In this document: positions 43,541-53,619 of the stretch, piece after piece
Position numbering within the stretch: position 1 is the stretch's first letter
Layout: each line of letters opens with the position of its first letter
Assembly (NCBI GenBank): GCA_030065095.1
Contig: JASJDP010000006.1
Coordinates: forward strand, 16,777-80,776
Origin: Rhodobacter sp.
GTDB taxonomy: Bacteria > Pseudomonadota > Alphaproteobacteria > Rhodobacterales > Rhodobacteraceae
Direction: 5' to 3'
Length of the DNA stretch: 64,000 bases
Position numbers and translations under genes: made by a program
The notes under the pieces: model-generated
The model's database searches: none
Seen by the model: only the letters and a program-made list of their open reading frames with translations
What the model was told of the DNA's origin: nothing

Positions 43541-46500
43541 TCAGCCGGCCTTCTTGAAAGTGGATGGCTTTTTCCCGGTGGCATTTTCAAAGACGCGCGA
43601 GAAATAGCCGGTGTCCCGGTAACCGACTTGCGCTGATACTTCTTTAACGAGGAAGCCCTGGCCCAAAGCGTCTTTTGCCCGTTCGACGCGGTAGGCGGTT
43701 AGATGGTCGACGAACGTCTTGCCGGTTATTGCATCCAATTTTCGCTCAAGTTGCCGTCGGCTCATCCCCATGAGATCGACCAATCGATCCATTTTGAAGT
43801 CGGGGTCTGCGTAGTTGTATTCCAAATGTCCTCGAAATTTCCGGAGGAAGTTTCGCTGCGCAGCGGGAAGGGCTTCGGATTGGCTCGCGGCATCGCCATC
43901 TTCGAACCATTTTTGCAGTCTGGCGCGGTGCCGGAGCTGATTTCCGACCCGCAGTCGAAGTTCGCTCACTGAAAACGGTTTTGTGATGTAGTCGTTCGCC
44001 TCCAAAACGAGCCCGCGAAGGCGCTCATCTTGCTCTGCAAGAGCGGTTAGAAAGAGAAACGGGATATGGTTTGTGGCTTCGTCCGCCCTCAAATCAGTCA
44101 GAAATTCATACCCTGTTCCGTCCGGCAGTAGGACGTCAGACAACACAACATCCGGAACATGCTCCTTTGCCAGCTTTTTGGCGGACTCGACCGTCGGCGC
44201 CAGAAGCACACGGAACTCATCCGCGAAAATTTCCTGCAGTGTAGCGCCGAGGTCCGGGTCATCTTCCAGCACCAAAAGAATAGGGCCTTTGGAATCACTG
44301 AGCTTCTCTTTTGCACGGGCATTTCGGGCCTTTAGCGCAGGGTTTACTGCCGCCACCGGCACCGCAGCGACGAAGGCGACCAAACCATCTCGGTTTTCGG
44401 CAAGATCGATTTTGCCGCCCAGGGCGTTTAACCGGTCGTGTACGACACTCAATCCAACGCCAAACCCGTCCATGCGTATTCCGCTTACTACCGGCTTGAA
44501 TAGCGTTGCTTCCAAGTCGGATGGAATCGCGTCGCCGGAATTCTCGACGCGAATACTCAGAACGTCATCGATGCAGTCAGCTTTGACTCGAACCGTCCCG
44601 CCTGCTGGGGCGTATTTGACCGCATTGGAAATCAGATTATAGACGATGTCTTCGACAACCATCGGGTTGGTGCGAACAAACAAAGCTGAGGCTATGTCTG
44701 TTTGAAACTCAAGTGCCTTTTCATCCCCCAAGGCGAACAATTGAAGGACCGAATTTAAGAGCTCAGTAGCGTCAAACTCTTCCCGTGCATCCTCCCCATC
44801 ATTGCGACCGAGGGTGGCGCGCAGCATTTGGTCAGTCAGACGCTCAAGCCGATCTAAAGCCGAGCGCGCACGCGAGAGTTTGGGGCCGTCGGCTTCGGCA
44901 GGCTTTAGCAGATCGAGCGGCGCCCGAATTAACGCGAGCGGTGTGCGTAACTCGTGCGACACGCGCCGGAAAAATTGTTCCCGAAACTTGCCGAATGCCG
45001 CCAATTCATCTCTTTGGCGTGCGATTTCCACCGTCTGGGAATCCACTGCCAACTGCAACTTCTGAGCGCGATTCTCAAGGGCCAATACCCGCCATCGAAA
45101 CAGCGCATATCCTGCGATCAGCAGCGCCGTTGTATAGAGCATCAGTGCCCACCACCGTTGCCACATTGGAACGGGGATTATGAACTCGCCGGCAACCACA
45201 GGCTCCGTCCAAATTCCGGCCGGGTTCGAGAACCGCGCTTCGAGAGCATAGGCACCGGACGGTAGGGACTGAAACTGCACCGCGCCGTTTGCTGGAGAGA
45301 GAGCCTGCCAGTGATCTGACAACCCGAGCAGTCGGTATTCGATGCCGTTAGCGTTTGGATTCTGGTAGTGCAACGCGGCTAAGTCAAATCGAACCTCGCT
45401 CCCCGGCTTTAACGCGCCGCTTTCACCAAGCGAAACAGCTTCGCCGCTGGCGTCAAACGCGGTCATAACCACCCGGGGCATCGGTAGTGTCTTGTTTCGG
45501 CCGAGGCCATTAGGATCGAAGTGGTTGAAGCCGTTCACGCCGCCAACGAAGATCGATCCGTCACTGGCCTTTAAATGGGCATTGAAATTGAACTCATTGC
45601 TCTGCAGGCCATCGGTTACCTTAAAAACTTCAAATGTGCGATCAAACCGGTCAAAGCGGGTCAGGCCATTGTTGGTCGTAATCCAGAGAAACCGGTCTCC
45701 GTCCGGGATCAGGCTATACAGAGTGTCGTTGGGCAAACCATCGGCTTCCCGTAGAACCACCTGGAGCCCCTTGTCGATATCCACCAGATTGAGCCCATCG
45801 CTGGTTGCCAGCCAGAACGTACCGTCATCGTTTTCGTAGAGCGCCCTCACATCGTCGCCGTTCACGCTCAGGTGGCCCGTTGTTGACGAAAAGGTCTCGA
45901 AATCATCATATTCGGCCCGATAGCGACTAACCCCCGCGCTCGTGCCGATCCAGATGGTTCCGGTTGAATCCTCATAGAGTGCTCGTGTTCGTCGATGCTG
46001 CAGCGCGTTTGGGTCGGTTGGATTCGGTGCGTATCGATGGATTTCGCCGGTTTCGGGATTGAGGCGGTTCACGCCGTTCTGGGTTCCGATCCAAAGCCAA
46101 CCATTGCTCGCTTTCAGGATCAGCCGAACGGTATCATGGGCGAGAGAATTTGGATCGTCTTCGGAATGCTCCCAAAGCTGCGCCTCGGATGTCTTCAGGT
46201 CCAATCTGGCCAGACCGCCGCGCGCCGTTCCAAGCCAGAGATCGTCTCCATCCGGCAAGATCGCTCTGACATCGGCTGAAGGCATGCCGCCGAGGAACGG
46301 ATCGCGGCGGCGGTAGGTGGCGAATTCCCCAGTTGTACGGTCGAAGCGGTTGAGCCCATTGGCCGTTCCAATCCAGATAGTTCCGTCCGTGTCTTCTCCG
46401 AGCGCCCAGGTCATATTGTGGCCGGGTCCGGTCCCCAGCAATGGATCCTTTACGTAGTGGCGGAATTCGTCACCATCAATCGGCATCCAACTGACGCCTT

Positions 46501-47506
46501 GATCATATGTGCCGAGCCAGAGCTGGCGGCTGTGGTCGACAAAGAGCTCAATGACCGTGTCGCTTACCGGACTCGAAGGATTGGCCGCGCTATGACGGAA
46601 TTTCTCGAAGCGTTCTGTTTGGGGATCGAAGCGATTGAGACCCCCTGACCAGGTGCCAAACCAGATGTACCCACGATCATCTTCGACCATGCTGGTGACG
46701 TCATCGTCCCCAATGGCCCAAGGATCGCCGGTGTCTTTTCGGAAATGGGTGAACGTTTGAGCTTCTGTATTTAGGCGATTGAGACCACCGTATTCCGTTC
46801 CGATCCAAACTGCGCCCCCGGCATCTTCGGCGATGAAATTGATAGCGTTCTGGCTCAGGCTGTTGGCGTTGGCTTCATCGTGGCGAAAAAACTCGCAATT
46901 GCTGGCGATGGTCACCAAAACGCATATGCCATCGGAAGACGAGCCCAGCCATACCCTGCCGTCTCGATCCTGAGTGATCGCGCGGATTGACCCTTTGAGA
47001 CCCAATTCCTTAGATGTGCGAATCTCGAACGATGAGGCCGCCTTGCTGAGCACGGAAATGCCGTTACTTGTGCCGATCCATATTGCACCGTCTATCGCTT
47101 GAAACAGGGCGTAGACGTCGCGGCCGGGCAATTCAGGCGAATATCTGGTGATTGCGCCGGTTCGAGTGTGGAAGTGGTTGAGGCCTCCGCCCAATGTCCC
47201 GATCCAGATATCACCATCGGTGTCCTTCAGGAGAGCCCGGGTATAGTTCACACTCAACGAGTTCGGATCGCTTGCGTCATGGCGCAACTGTTCAATTCGG
47301 TGACCATCGTAGATATCGATGCCATCGGCGGTACCAATCCAAATCCGCCCATCCTCGGCTTGCAGGATCGAATACACTGTGACCTGGGAAAGGCCTTCGC
47401 GCGGTGTAAGCGAGTTGAATCTGATGGGCTCGGCGTATGCCCAAAATCCATGAGTTCCAAATGCGACCGCAAGTAGACTGATAAGAAGAATCCGTTTGAA
47501 CGTCAC
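43541..47506 (-). CDS. hybrid two-component system protein: periplasmic beta-propeller/Y_Y_Y sensor, TM, HisKA-HATPase, receiver and AraC HTH
   Basis: 1321 aa. Repeated ..IWIGT..G(L/I).R.. propeller blades, FFRRVSHELRTPL, a receiver domain (ILLVLEDDPDLG...SDVLLPDGTG) and a C-terminal AraC-type HTH. Confidence 0.9.
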   Translation of the reverse strand: MTFKRILLISLLAVAFGTHGFWAYAEPIRFNSLTPREGLSQVTVYSILQAEDGRIWIGTADGIDIYDGHRIEQLRHDASDPNSLSVNYTRALLKDTDGDIWIGTLGGGLNHFHTRTGAITRYSPELPGRDVYALFQAIDGAIWIGTSNGISVLSKAASSFEIRTSKELGLKGSIRAITQDRDGRVWLGSSSDGICVLVTIASNCEFFRHDEANANSLSQNAINFIAEDAGGAVWIGTEYGGLNRLNTEAQTFTHFRKDTGDPWAIGDDDVTSMVEDDRGYIWFGTWSGGLNRFDPQTERFEKFRHSAANPSSPVSDTVIELFVDHSRQLWLGTYDQGVSWMPIDGDEFRHYVKDPLLGTGPGHNMTWALGEDTDGTIWIGTANGLNRFDRTTGEFATYRRRDPFLGGMPSADVRAILPDGDDLWLGTARGGLARLDLKTSEAQLWEHSEDDPNSLAHDTVRLILKASNGWLWIGTQNGVNRLNPETGEIHRYAPNPTDPNALQHRRTRALYEDSTGTIWIGTSAGVSRYRAEYDDFETFSSTTGHLSVNGDDVRALYENDDGTFWLATSDGLNLVDIDKGLQVVLREADGLPNDTLYSLIPDGDRFLWITTNNGLTRFDRFDRTFEVFKVTDGLQSNEFNFNAHLKASDGSIFVGGVNGFNHFDPNGLGRNKTLPMPRVVMTAFDASGEAVSLGESGALKPGSEVRFDLAALHYQNPNANGIEYRLLGLSDHWQALSPANGAVQFQSLPSGAYALEARFSNPAGIWTEPVVAGEFIIPVPMWQRWWALMLYTTALLIAGYALFRWRVLALENRAQKLQLAVDSQTVEIARQRDELAAFGKFREQFFRRVSHELRTPLALIRAPLDLLKPAEADGPKLSRARSALDRLERLTDQMLRATLGRNDGEDAREEFDATELLNSVLQLFALGDEKALEFQTDIASALFVRTNPMVVEDIVYNLISNAVKYAPAGGTVRVKADCIDDVLSIRVENSGDAIPSDLEATLFKPVVSGIRMDGFGVGLSVVHDRLNALGGKIDLAENRDGLVAFVAAVPVAAVNPALKARNARAKEKLSDSKGPILLVLEDDPDLGATLQEIFADEFRVLLAPTVESAKKLAKEHVPDVVLSDVLLPDGTGYEFLTDLRADEATNHIPFLFLTALAEQDERLRGLVLEANDYITKPFSVSELRLRVGNQLRHRARLQKWFEDGDAASQSEALPAAQRNFLRKFRGHLEYNYADPDFKMDRLVDLMGMSRRQLERKLDAITGKTFVDHLTAYRVERAKDALGQGFLVKEVSAQVGYRDTGYFSRVFENATGKKPSTFKKAG

Positions 47507-47705
47507 GACGTGTCCTAAAATTCTTGTCTGGTTTCAAAAGCCAGTGATCGACCATTTCTTTTCAGCAATCAAGGCATTGCATCGTTGCGCACGCTCCCGT
47601 CTGCCGCCCGTTCTCGACACTGGGTAAATACTTGCAATTTTAACGCCCAAAGGACACATCAGGTCAAAATGTTTTGATGGGAAAGTAGAGTGATCGAGAA
47701 GTAAA

Positions 47706-48224
47706 ATGTTGAATCTGCACGACTTTCAAACCGGAATAACAACCGGGCTATGCTCAAATCTAGCCAAGAATCTGGTTTCTTTGGCATCTCGGTATTCAAC
47801 CGATCACCTCGCGGTGACCAAGGCCATCAACGCCGATCTTGACGCATTGGACAAAGAACGCCGTGGCGAATTCACCCTGCTACAAAAGGCCAAACGAGCC
47901 AAGATCATGACCCGGTTTCGCGGGCCAGTCAAAGGCATGTGGGACGCGTTCTATCAGGCCAAGGTGACCGAGCAGGAGTTCTACTACACCCACGATCTGT
48001 TTGCTCCGGACATCTCGCCCCGTCGCTATCTCACAGCGATTCTAGAGGAATTGCACGCCGCCGGTAGGCTCCCCAATCCGCAGGCGGTGGCCGAGGGCCG
48101 CGATGTATTGGAACGGTTATCCAAAGAACGTCGTCTGATCTTTGTCTTCGACTACGGCATCAAGCCGGAAGACAAGGTCACCTCGCGTGCATTCGACGAT
48201 ATCTATTACGGATACAGTGCATGA
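47706..48224 (+). CDS. hypothetical protein (paralogous C-terminal motif with next gene)
   Basis: 172-aa ORF. Its stop overlaps the next gene's start by 4 nt. Confidence 0.5.
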   Translation: MLNLHDFQTGITTGLCSNLAKNLVSLASRYSTDHLAVTKAINADLDALDKERRGEFTLLQKAKRAKIMTRFRGPVKGMWDAFYQAKVTEQEFYYTHDLFAPDISPRRYLTAILEELHAAGRLPNPQAVAEGRDVLERLSKERRLIFVFDYGIKPEDKVTSRAFDDIYYGYSA

Positions 48225-48754
48225 GCGGCGCGGCGCAATCACTGGCTCAGTCACTCGGGTGTTCTCAGCTGGTGGGCCGCGAACTGGTCACCACCGGATT
48301 GGAGGTGGCCAAAACGTTCTGCGAATTGCGCCGGGCGTGGGATTTTGAGTTGATGCTGGAGGCCAAGCGCATGGCCTCGAAGCAGCGATGGGCCAAGACA
48401 GAGGCCTTCTCAAAGCTGGACCAGAAGCAGAAATCGCAATGGAACGACAAGGAGCAGCAGGCGAACTGCATCAATCGCACCCGCCGTAAATTCTCATACG
48501 CTGCGCAGAAGATGTTCAAGCGGTTTGAGGAGTCCGAGGCGGCGTGGCAAAAATTTCGGCTGGCCCGGCACATGGTGGAAGAACTAGGCACCTTCAGTGA
48601 CCAAGAACTGCTGACTGCCGTTTTCGAGACCGCACACGAGCATCGGCAACTCCCGCAACCCGAGAAAGTGATTGAGGGACGGTCTCTCTATGAGGCAATG
48701 TGGAGGGATAGTGAATTGTTGACCGATGTCGGGTCCATCCCGCAACGGCATTAG
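48221..48754 (+). CDS. hypothetical protein
   Basis: 177-aa ORF. LLTAVFETAHEHRQLPQPEKVIEGRSLYEAM echoes YLTAILEELHAAGRLPNPQAVAEGRDVLERL in the previous gene. Confidence 0.5.
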   Translation: MSGAAQSLAQSLGCSQLVGRELVTTGLEVAKTFCELRRAWDFELMLEAKRMASKQRWAKTEAFSKLDQKQKSQWNDKEQQANCINRTRRKFSYAAQKMFKRFEESEAAWQKFRLARHMVEELGTFSDQELLTAVFETAHEHRQLPQPEKVIEGRSLYEAMWRDSELLTDVGSIPQRH

Positions 48755-48774
48755 GCGTATGACGAGGTTGGTGC

Positions 48775-49146
48775 ATGGATTTTCGGGGGCGATACGAAAA
48801 GGATCGGGATGAGCGTCAGGTCGCCGCCGAGCAATCCGACTACAAGCGCATGTACGAACGCGTGCTGGCCGAGAACGAGGCCTTCCGGGCCAAGCTTGAC
48901 CAGATCACCGCCAGCCACGGTGAGCTGCAAGCCCAGTTCGCCGACTTGCTCGGTCAGTTTGAGGCGCTGAAGGCGTCCAGCCAGCAACGGGCTGAAGACC
49001 TGCTCAAGATCGCCCACAACATGGAAGAGATGGTAGCCACGGCCCACGAACAGCAAGGCGAGGTGTTGACGCGCTTCAAGGCTGATATCACTGGCCGGTT
49101 GGGCGCGGCCAAAGCCAGCCTAGGCGAGTTGGAGGATGGGTCGTGA
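48775..49146 (+). CDS. hypothetical coiled-coil protein
   Basis: 123-aa ORF, E/Q/L/A-rich. Overlaps the next gene by 4 nt. Confidence 0.45.
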   Translation: MDFRGRYEKDRDERQVAAEQSDYKRMYERVLAENEAFRAKLDQITASHGELQAQFADLLGQFEALKASSQQRAEDLLKIAHNMEEMVATAHEQQGEVLTRFKADITGRLGAAKASLGELEDGS

Positions 49147-49742
49147 CCGACGGCCAAGAACTCGATATTCGCCACCACCACCGGCTGGAACAAATCCGCG
49201 AGCAAGCGCGTCTGCGGGATCAGCAACGTATCCGCGCCGAGGAATTCGATGTCGAGGTGGAAAAGCTGCGCGGCGAGAACGAACGCGAACTGACCCGCCT
49301 GACCCATGAACTGGCCATCGAGAACCGCCAGCTCGATTTGCAGTATAACGAATTCAAGAATGGCCAACAGGTGCGTCTGGAAGCGCTGCAAACGGCCATC
49401 AAACAGCAGGACGATTTCTTCCGGCATTTCTGGGCGCTGGACGCCGAGGTGCTGGGGCTGGAAACCAAGCTGATCGAAAAGAAAGCCGACGCCCTGATCG
49501 CCGAACGGTTTTCGGCGCAGGCCCACCGGCAGACGATGGAGGCCAAGACCAGCGATCAGTCCCACGACCGGATGATGGCGGAAGAAGAGCGGGCGACGCT
49601 CAGCCACAAAAACGAGTTGGACAAAGACAATTTCGAGTTCAGGGAGCGCTTAAAGATCACGTTGATGCGCGAGTTCGGCGCGGTGGTCGAAGAGCAGATT
49701 GATGCCACGCTGGACAAGCTGGCGCGTGAGGGCAAGATCTGA
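49143..49742 (+). CDS. hypothetical coiled-coil protein
   Basis: 199-aa ORF, E/R/Q-rich. Confidence 0.45.
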   Translation: MTDGQELDIRHHHRLEQIREQARLRDQQRIRAEEFDVEVEKLRGENERELTRLTHELAIENRQLDLQYNEFKNGQQVRLEALQTAIKQQDDFFRHFWALDAEVLGLETKLIEKKADALIAERFSAQAHRQTMEAKTSDQSHDRMMAEEERATLSHKNELDKDNFEFRERLKITLMREFGAVVEEQIDATLDKLAREGKI

Positions 49743-49847
49743 TGGTGTGCAAATCTCAGGAAGCCGCACTGCAAGAGTCCGCAAGATTCATTTGCGGACT
49801 CTAGATTTCTCCTTACGCTCAAGCGATGTCATCTAACCCTTTTTATC

Positions 49848-50090
49848 ATGACATACAAAGAACACTTGACCGCCCGCGAGCTGGCAATGGCTCTCTTCCA
49901 AGTCCCCGCGGACATGATAATTGAGATCGCGCGCGACAATGACATCAATGGAACGGGCCCAATCGCACTGGAAGAGGACGGCAGCGTCAGCCTATTGATG
50001 ACCAAATTCCGCGATAGCGGAAAGACCGTCGGCATATTGTGGCCACTATACACCGAAACGACCGAAGACCGCTACGCCGACGAGGATTGA
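49848..50090 (+). CDS. hypothetical protein (80 aa)
   Basis: ORF in a co-oriented gene array. No motif assigned. Confidence 0.35.
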   Translation: MTYKEHLTARELAMALFQVPADMIIEIARDNDINGTGPIALEEDGSVSLLMTKFRDSGKTVGILWPLYTETTEDRYADED

Positions 50091-50182
50091 CCTCATATCG
50101 GCCTGTTTGGTTTCTGCTGTCGTCCGGCTGTACCTTGTGCATTTATCACTACCAGGTTTGTGGATGATTTCTGAGTGATGTC

Positions 50183-51322
50183 TTGGCCTATCTCGCCATC
50201 AAGAAAGTCAACGGGCAGCACTACGCCTATCTGCAGGAAAGCTACCGCGAGGGTGGCAAGGTCCGCACGCGCACGGTCGAGTACCTGGGTGCAATCGCTC
50301 CCGCTGTTGCGGATCAGGTGCGCACAACCCGGCGACAGTTGGGACAAGCGGACAGGGCCGCGCTGGTAGCTTCCGTACGAGCCGCTGCAATGGGCGTCGC
50401 CGAAGGCGGTGACGCGCCCCAACAATCGCCAGAACAGTCACCGCCAAACCCGCGCGCCGCTCATTCCTCACCGGCAACGGCGCTTATCACTACAGAAAAT
50501 GAACTGGTATCTAAGCCAATCCCGCCACAGTTCCTGCAGTGGCCCGACGATCTGCCCGGCTACAGCGTCAGCCCGACAGCACTACAGCGCACCCGAGCCC
50601 GCTTTGCGGATCGTCTGCAGGTCATGGGCTTTGACCCCAGCGCCATGCCCCAGGTGGCCATCCGCTACGGCCACCCGGACGGGCTGCGCCGCAATCGCGA
50701 CGGGTCATTCACGATCACCGCTTCGCGTAAGCCGCAGAACAAGCGTCACCAGCTCAACAAGACCAGGCTCTGGCAGCACATGCGTCAGGCCATGAGCCTG
50801 GCCTATCTGGACGCGCTGGCCGAGGCCCGACCCGATCTGCATCACCAGCTGCAATCCGAATTGGACGAAAGCCACAAGGCGACCAAGCAGCTCTTGGTTC
50901 AGAGCCTCGCCCGAGCTTCGACAACTGTCGAGAGGCTGGGCTTATCACTACAGCTTTCCATCTGGCATTCCGTGCCGCAGAAACTGATCAAGCGGAAGGC
51001 AGCGGAAGAATTTGGCCAAGCCAGTTTCGAAACCCTGAAGGACTGGCGCAGCGAAGCGGCGTTCGTGCTGGCCGAGGGGCACAAGTCGGGCTGGCGGGGC
51101 ATGGCCGAGCGGAACAGCAAGGCCCGCCGCAAGCTCAAGAGCGCCATCACGCGGCAGCGCAATCAGATCGACCGCATGGGCGCGGTCGAACGCTTGGGTG
51201 CGCGGCTGTCGGGCAAACGTCGCCGGATCATTCGGGAGATCATGGCCAAGGAAGACCAATTGCGTGCCATCGACCAATTGGAGCGTCGCCAGCAGGTATT
51301 GCGGCGCCATTTTCCGCTTTGA
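50183..51322 (+). CDS. hypothetical protein with N-terminal KKVNGQHYAYLQESYREGGKVRTRTVEYLG motif
   Basis: 379-aa ORF. From memory, this N-terminal motif is shared with the N-termini of some IS1634-type transposases and mobile-element DNA-binding proteins. No catalytic motif recognised. Confidence 0.45.
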   Translation: MAYLAIKKVNGQHYAYLQESYREGGKVRTRTVEYLGAIAPAVADQVRTTRRQLGQADRAALVASVRAAAMGVAEGGDAPQQSPEQSPPNPRAAHSSPATALITTENELVSKPIPPQFLQWPDDLPGYSVSPTALQRTRARFADRLQVMGFDPSAMPQVAIRYGHPDGLRRNRDGSFTITASRKPQNKRHQLNKTRLWQHMRQAMSLAYLDALAEARPDLHHQLQSELDESHKATKQLLVQSLARASTTVERLGLSLQLSIWHSVPQKLIKRKAAEEFGQASFETLKDWRSEAAFVLAEGHKSGWRGMAERNSKARRKLKSAITRQRNQIDRMGAVERLGARLSGKRRRIIREIMAKEDQLRAIDQLERRQQVLRRHFPL

Positions 51323-51403
51323 ATTCAGCCCGAATTTTTCGCCGAATTTCGCCGCCAGTTTTGTTGCGGAGTTCCAAGGCAGTCTTTGCAGATGGCACGG
51401 GGT

Positions 51404-51421
51404 CCGGGGTGTAGACCCCGG
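51404..51421. other. inverted repeat CCGGGGT-GTAG-ACCCCGG, candidate oriT or regulatory hairpin (module B)
   Basis: Read directly. Lies 272 bp upstream of the module-B ATPase start. Shares the ACCCCGG/CCGGGGT core with the hairpin at 30378..30407. Confidence 0.4.
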
Positions 51422-51620
51422 TCGCGTGAGCATGTTGGTACCGCGTATCGAATTCTGGCCGGTGCCGAAGTCCAACGATGCGCGGGGAACTTGAGCGAAT
51501 GAGCTGCGCCCACGGCTCAGCGAGAGAGCGAAAGCTCACAAGTGAGCTTGGAAGCTAAGATGTTGGAGCCGCCTTGTTGCTTGGAATCACTGTGTAAATC
51601 TCCTGTCTGGACTCAGCAGG

Positions 51621-51685
51621 AAATTCAGGCCTAAACTCAGGAAATAGCACAGTAAAATCAGGTACTTCTATGTTCCACTATGTTC
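51621..51685. repeat. short direct repeats upstream of ATPase B: AAAnTCAGG x3 and CTATGTTC x2
   Basis: AAATTCAGG at 51621-29, AAACTCAGG at 51633-41, AAAATCAGG at 51654-62. CTATGTTC at 51668-75 and 51678-85. Confidence 0.45.
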
Positions 51686-51692
51686 TGTTCCC

Positions 51693-53615
51693 ATGCTGAC
51701 GATCTTGGAAAAGGCTCTCCACAAGGTCGACAGCCTCCCCATTAAATCCGATGGCTTGCCATTCAATCCCGCCGACGGCGTGGTAGGCACTTGGCAGTTG
51801 CGAGATGCGCTCATGTTGGCGGTTGAGGCCGTCAGCGATGCCGCCAGGTACACCGGCCAGTTCCTGACTTATGACGAGGTGCAGCGGCTCCTGAATTCCA
51901 AGGAGGTCAAGCCGGCCCCGCCCGATCCGAATGACCCAAGTTTCGACCCGCCGCATATCTCCTACGACAGCCCGGAAGAACGGCTCATTGCCCGGCGCTA
52001 TCGGTACCAACAAGCCCAAAAAACTTATGAACAGACGCTACAGACCTATCAGAGAAATACTGCAGACGCCGATCGGATCAGGCGATCTTTCGGGTATGGT
52101 CTGACGCATTATCTGGGGTACGCCAGAGCTTCGTTGGCTGAGATGGCGGCATCCTCCGGCGGTGAGGCGGTGGCTGACCCGTTGTCTGCGTTCCTCGGCA
52201 AAAAACGGTGCCTGCCCATCCCCGAAGCAGCGGCGGAATACGGCACCTTCATCGTGGGCAATCACGGCTCCGGCAAATCGGAAGTGATCAAACAGCGGGT
52301 CTGGCACTATCTCAACAAACCCCACGCCCGGGAAACCATTGTGGTGATCGATCCGCATGGCGAAATGGCCCCCGAGATCGCCCGCATGAAACCCAACCAC
52401 GGCTCCGACCGGCTGGTCTATATCGACCCGACGCTGGACCCGGAGTTCACCCCTTGCCCGGATGTGCTGAACACTACCGACAAATCGCCCGACAATCTAT
52501 TCCGTGAGGCGGAGTTCTACGGCGCGGCTCTACGCATGATTGCCGGAAACTTGGAACCCAGCGCGACCGGCAACATGGAAAGCCTGTGCCGCAACTGCGC
52601 CCATGTGGTGCTGGAGAATGACCAGTTCAATCTGGCCGACCTGTTGGAGTTGTTGGCGGTGGAGGCTCCGAAAAAGGGCCAGACCGCAGCCGATCCACCA
52701 CCGATTATGGAAGCGGCCCTTGGCCCTTCAGCCAATCCGCGCGTACAGCGGCATTTCCAACAGCAATTCCTCTCCAGCCGCTACGGCATGGCCAAGAGCG
52801 CACTCTATGGCCGGATCGAACGCATTCTGGCCGCGCCGCCGTTGCAGCGGATGCTCTTGAACCCGCCCACCTTCAACGTTGGTCAGCTGATAGAGCAACG
52901 CAAAGTCATTGTGATCAACCTGCCTTTCAAAAACCTGTCCAAGCCGGTCACCGCCATGATCGGCCAGCTGATCATGGCCCAGATCATGCTGGCGGTGCTG
53001 AAGCGCGATTTCCAACGGATCAAGGACTACCCGCCGGTCCATATCTACATCGACGAAGCTCAGCATCTGGTCAGCCACGAGACCGCCGAGCAGATCAACG
53101 AGTTCCGCAAGTTCGGTTTCAACTTGTCACTAGCCACGCAATATGTGGACCAGTTCCCCGCCGACATCCTGGAAGCGGTCAAAGGCTTGGGCGTGCAGAT
53201 AGCCGGGTTCTGCGAGGGCAAAAACCTGACGGCCATGAACGGCATTTTTGATCTGACCAGCAAGACCAAGGACCTTGATGAGACCGTGCTCCTTAAGAAT
53301 CAGCCTGTGGGGCATTTCTTCATCAAGTCACGCGGAGCCGAGGGCGCGCCGCCGATCAAAACCCGGCAGTTCGTCACCGATACCAACCTGATCATCAAAG
53401 GGGCCAGGTGGCGCGCGCAGAACGCCGAAAACTACATGAGCGACGAAGAATGGGAGGAAACCAAGCAAACCCAGCTCAGCTGCTACTACCGGCGTGTGAC
53501 CAGCCTGGAGGACGCGGCTCTGGCCCGTGGCGACGGCGAGGCCAGCAGCCAGCAAGACCGTGCTACCGGCGACAGCCGCAGCCCGCTCACGCCCGACCTG
53601 GGCTACAACGATTGA
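51693..53615 (+). CDS. T4CP/TraD/FtsK-HerA-like P-loop ATPase (module B)
   Basis: 640 aa. Walker A GNHGSGKS and Walker B VHIYIDEAQHLV. Collinear with ATPase A (VVIDPHGEM versus VLLDPHGDL; DRLVYI in both) but only distantly similar. Confidence 0.7.
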   Translation: MLTILEKALHKVDSLPIKSDGLPFNPADGVVGTWQLRDALMLAVEAVSDAARYTGQFLTYDEVQRLLNSKEVKPAPPDPNDPSFDPPHISYDSPEERLIARRYRYQQAQKTYEQTLQTYQRNTADADRIRRSFGYGLTHYLGYARASLAEMAASSGGEAVADPLSAFLGKKRCLPIPEAAAEYGTFIVGNHGSGKSEVIKQRVWHYLNKPHARETIVVIDPHGEMAPEIARMKPNHGSDRLVYIDPTLDPEFTPCPDVLNTTDKSPDNLFREAEFYGAALRMIAGNLEPSATGNMESLCRNCAHVVLENDQFNLADLLELLAVEAPKKGQTAADPPPIMEAALGPSANPRVQRHFQQQFLSSRYGMAKSALYGRIERILAAPPLQRMLLNPPTFNVGQLIEQRKVIVINLPFKNLSKPVTAMIGQLIMAQIMLAVLKRDFQRIKDYPPVHIYIDEAQHLVSHETAEQINEFRKFGFNLSLATQYVDQFPADILEAVKGLGVQIAGFCEGKNLTAMNGIFDLTSKTKDLDETVLLKNQPVGHFFIKSRGAEGAPPIKTRQFVTDTNLIIKGARWRAQNAENYMSDEEWEETKQTQLSCYYRRVTSLEDAALARGDGEASSQQDRATGDSRSPLTPDLGYND

Positions 53616-53619
53616 CCGA

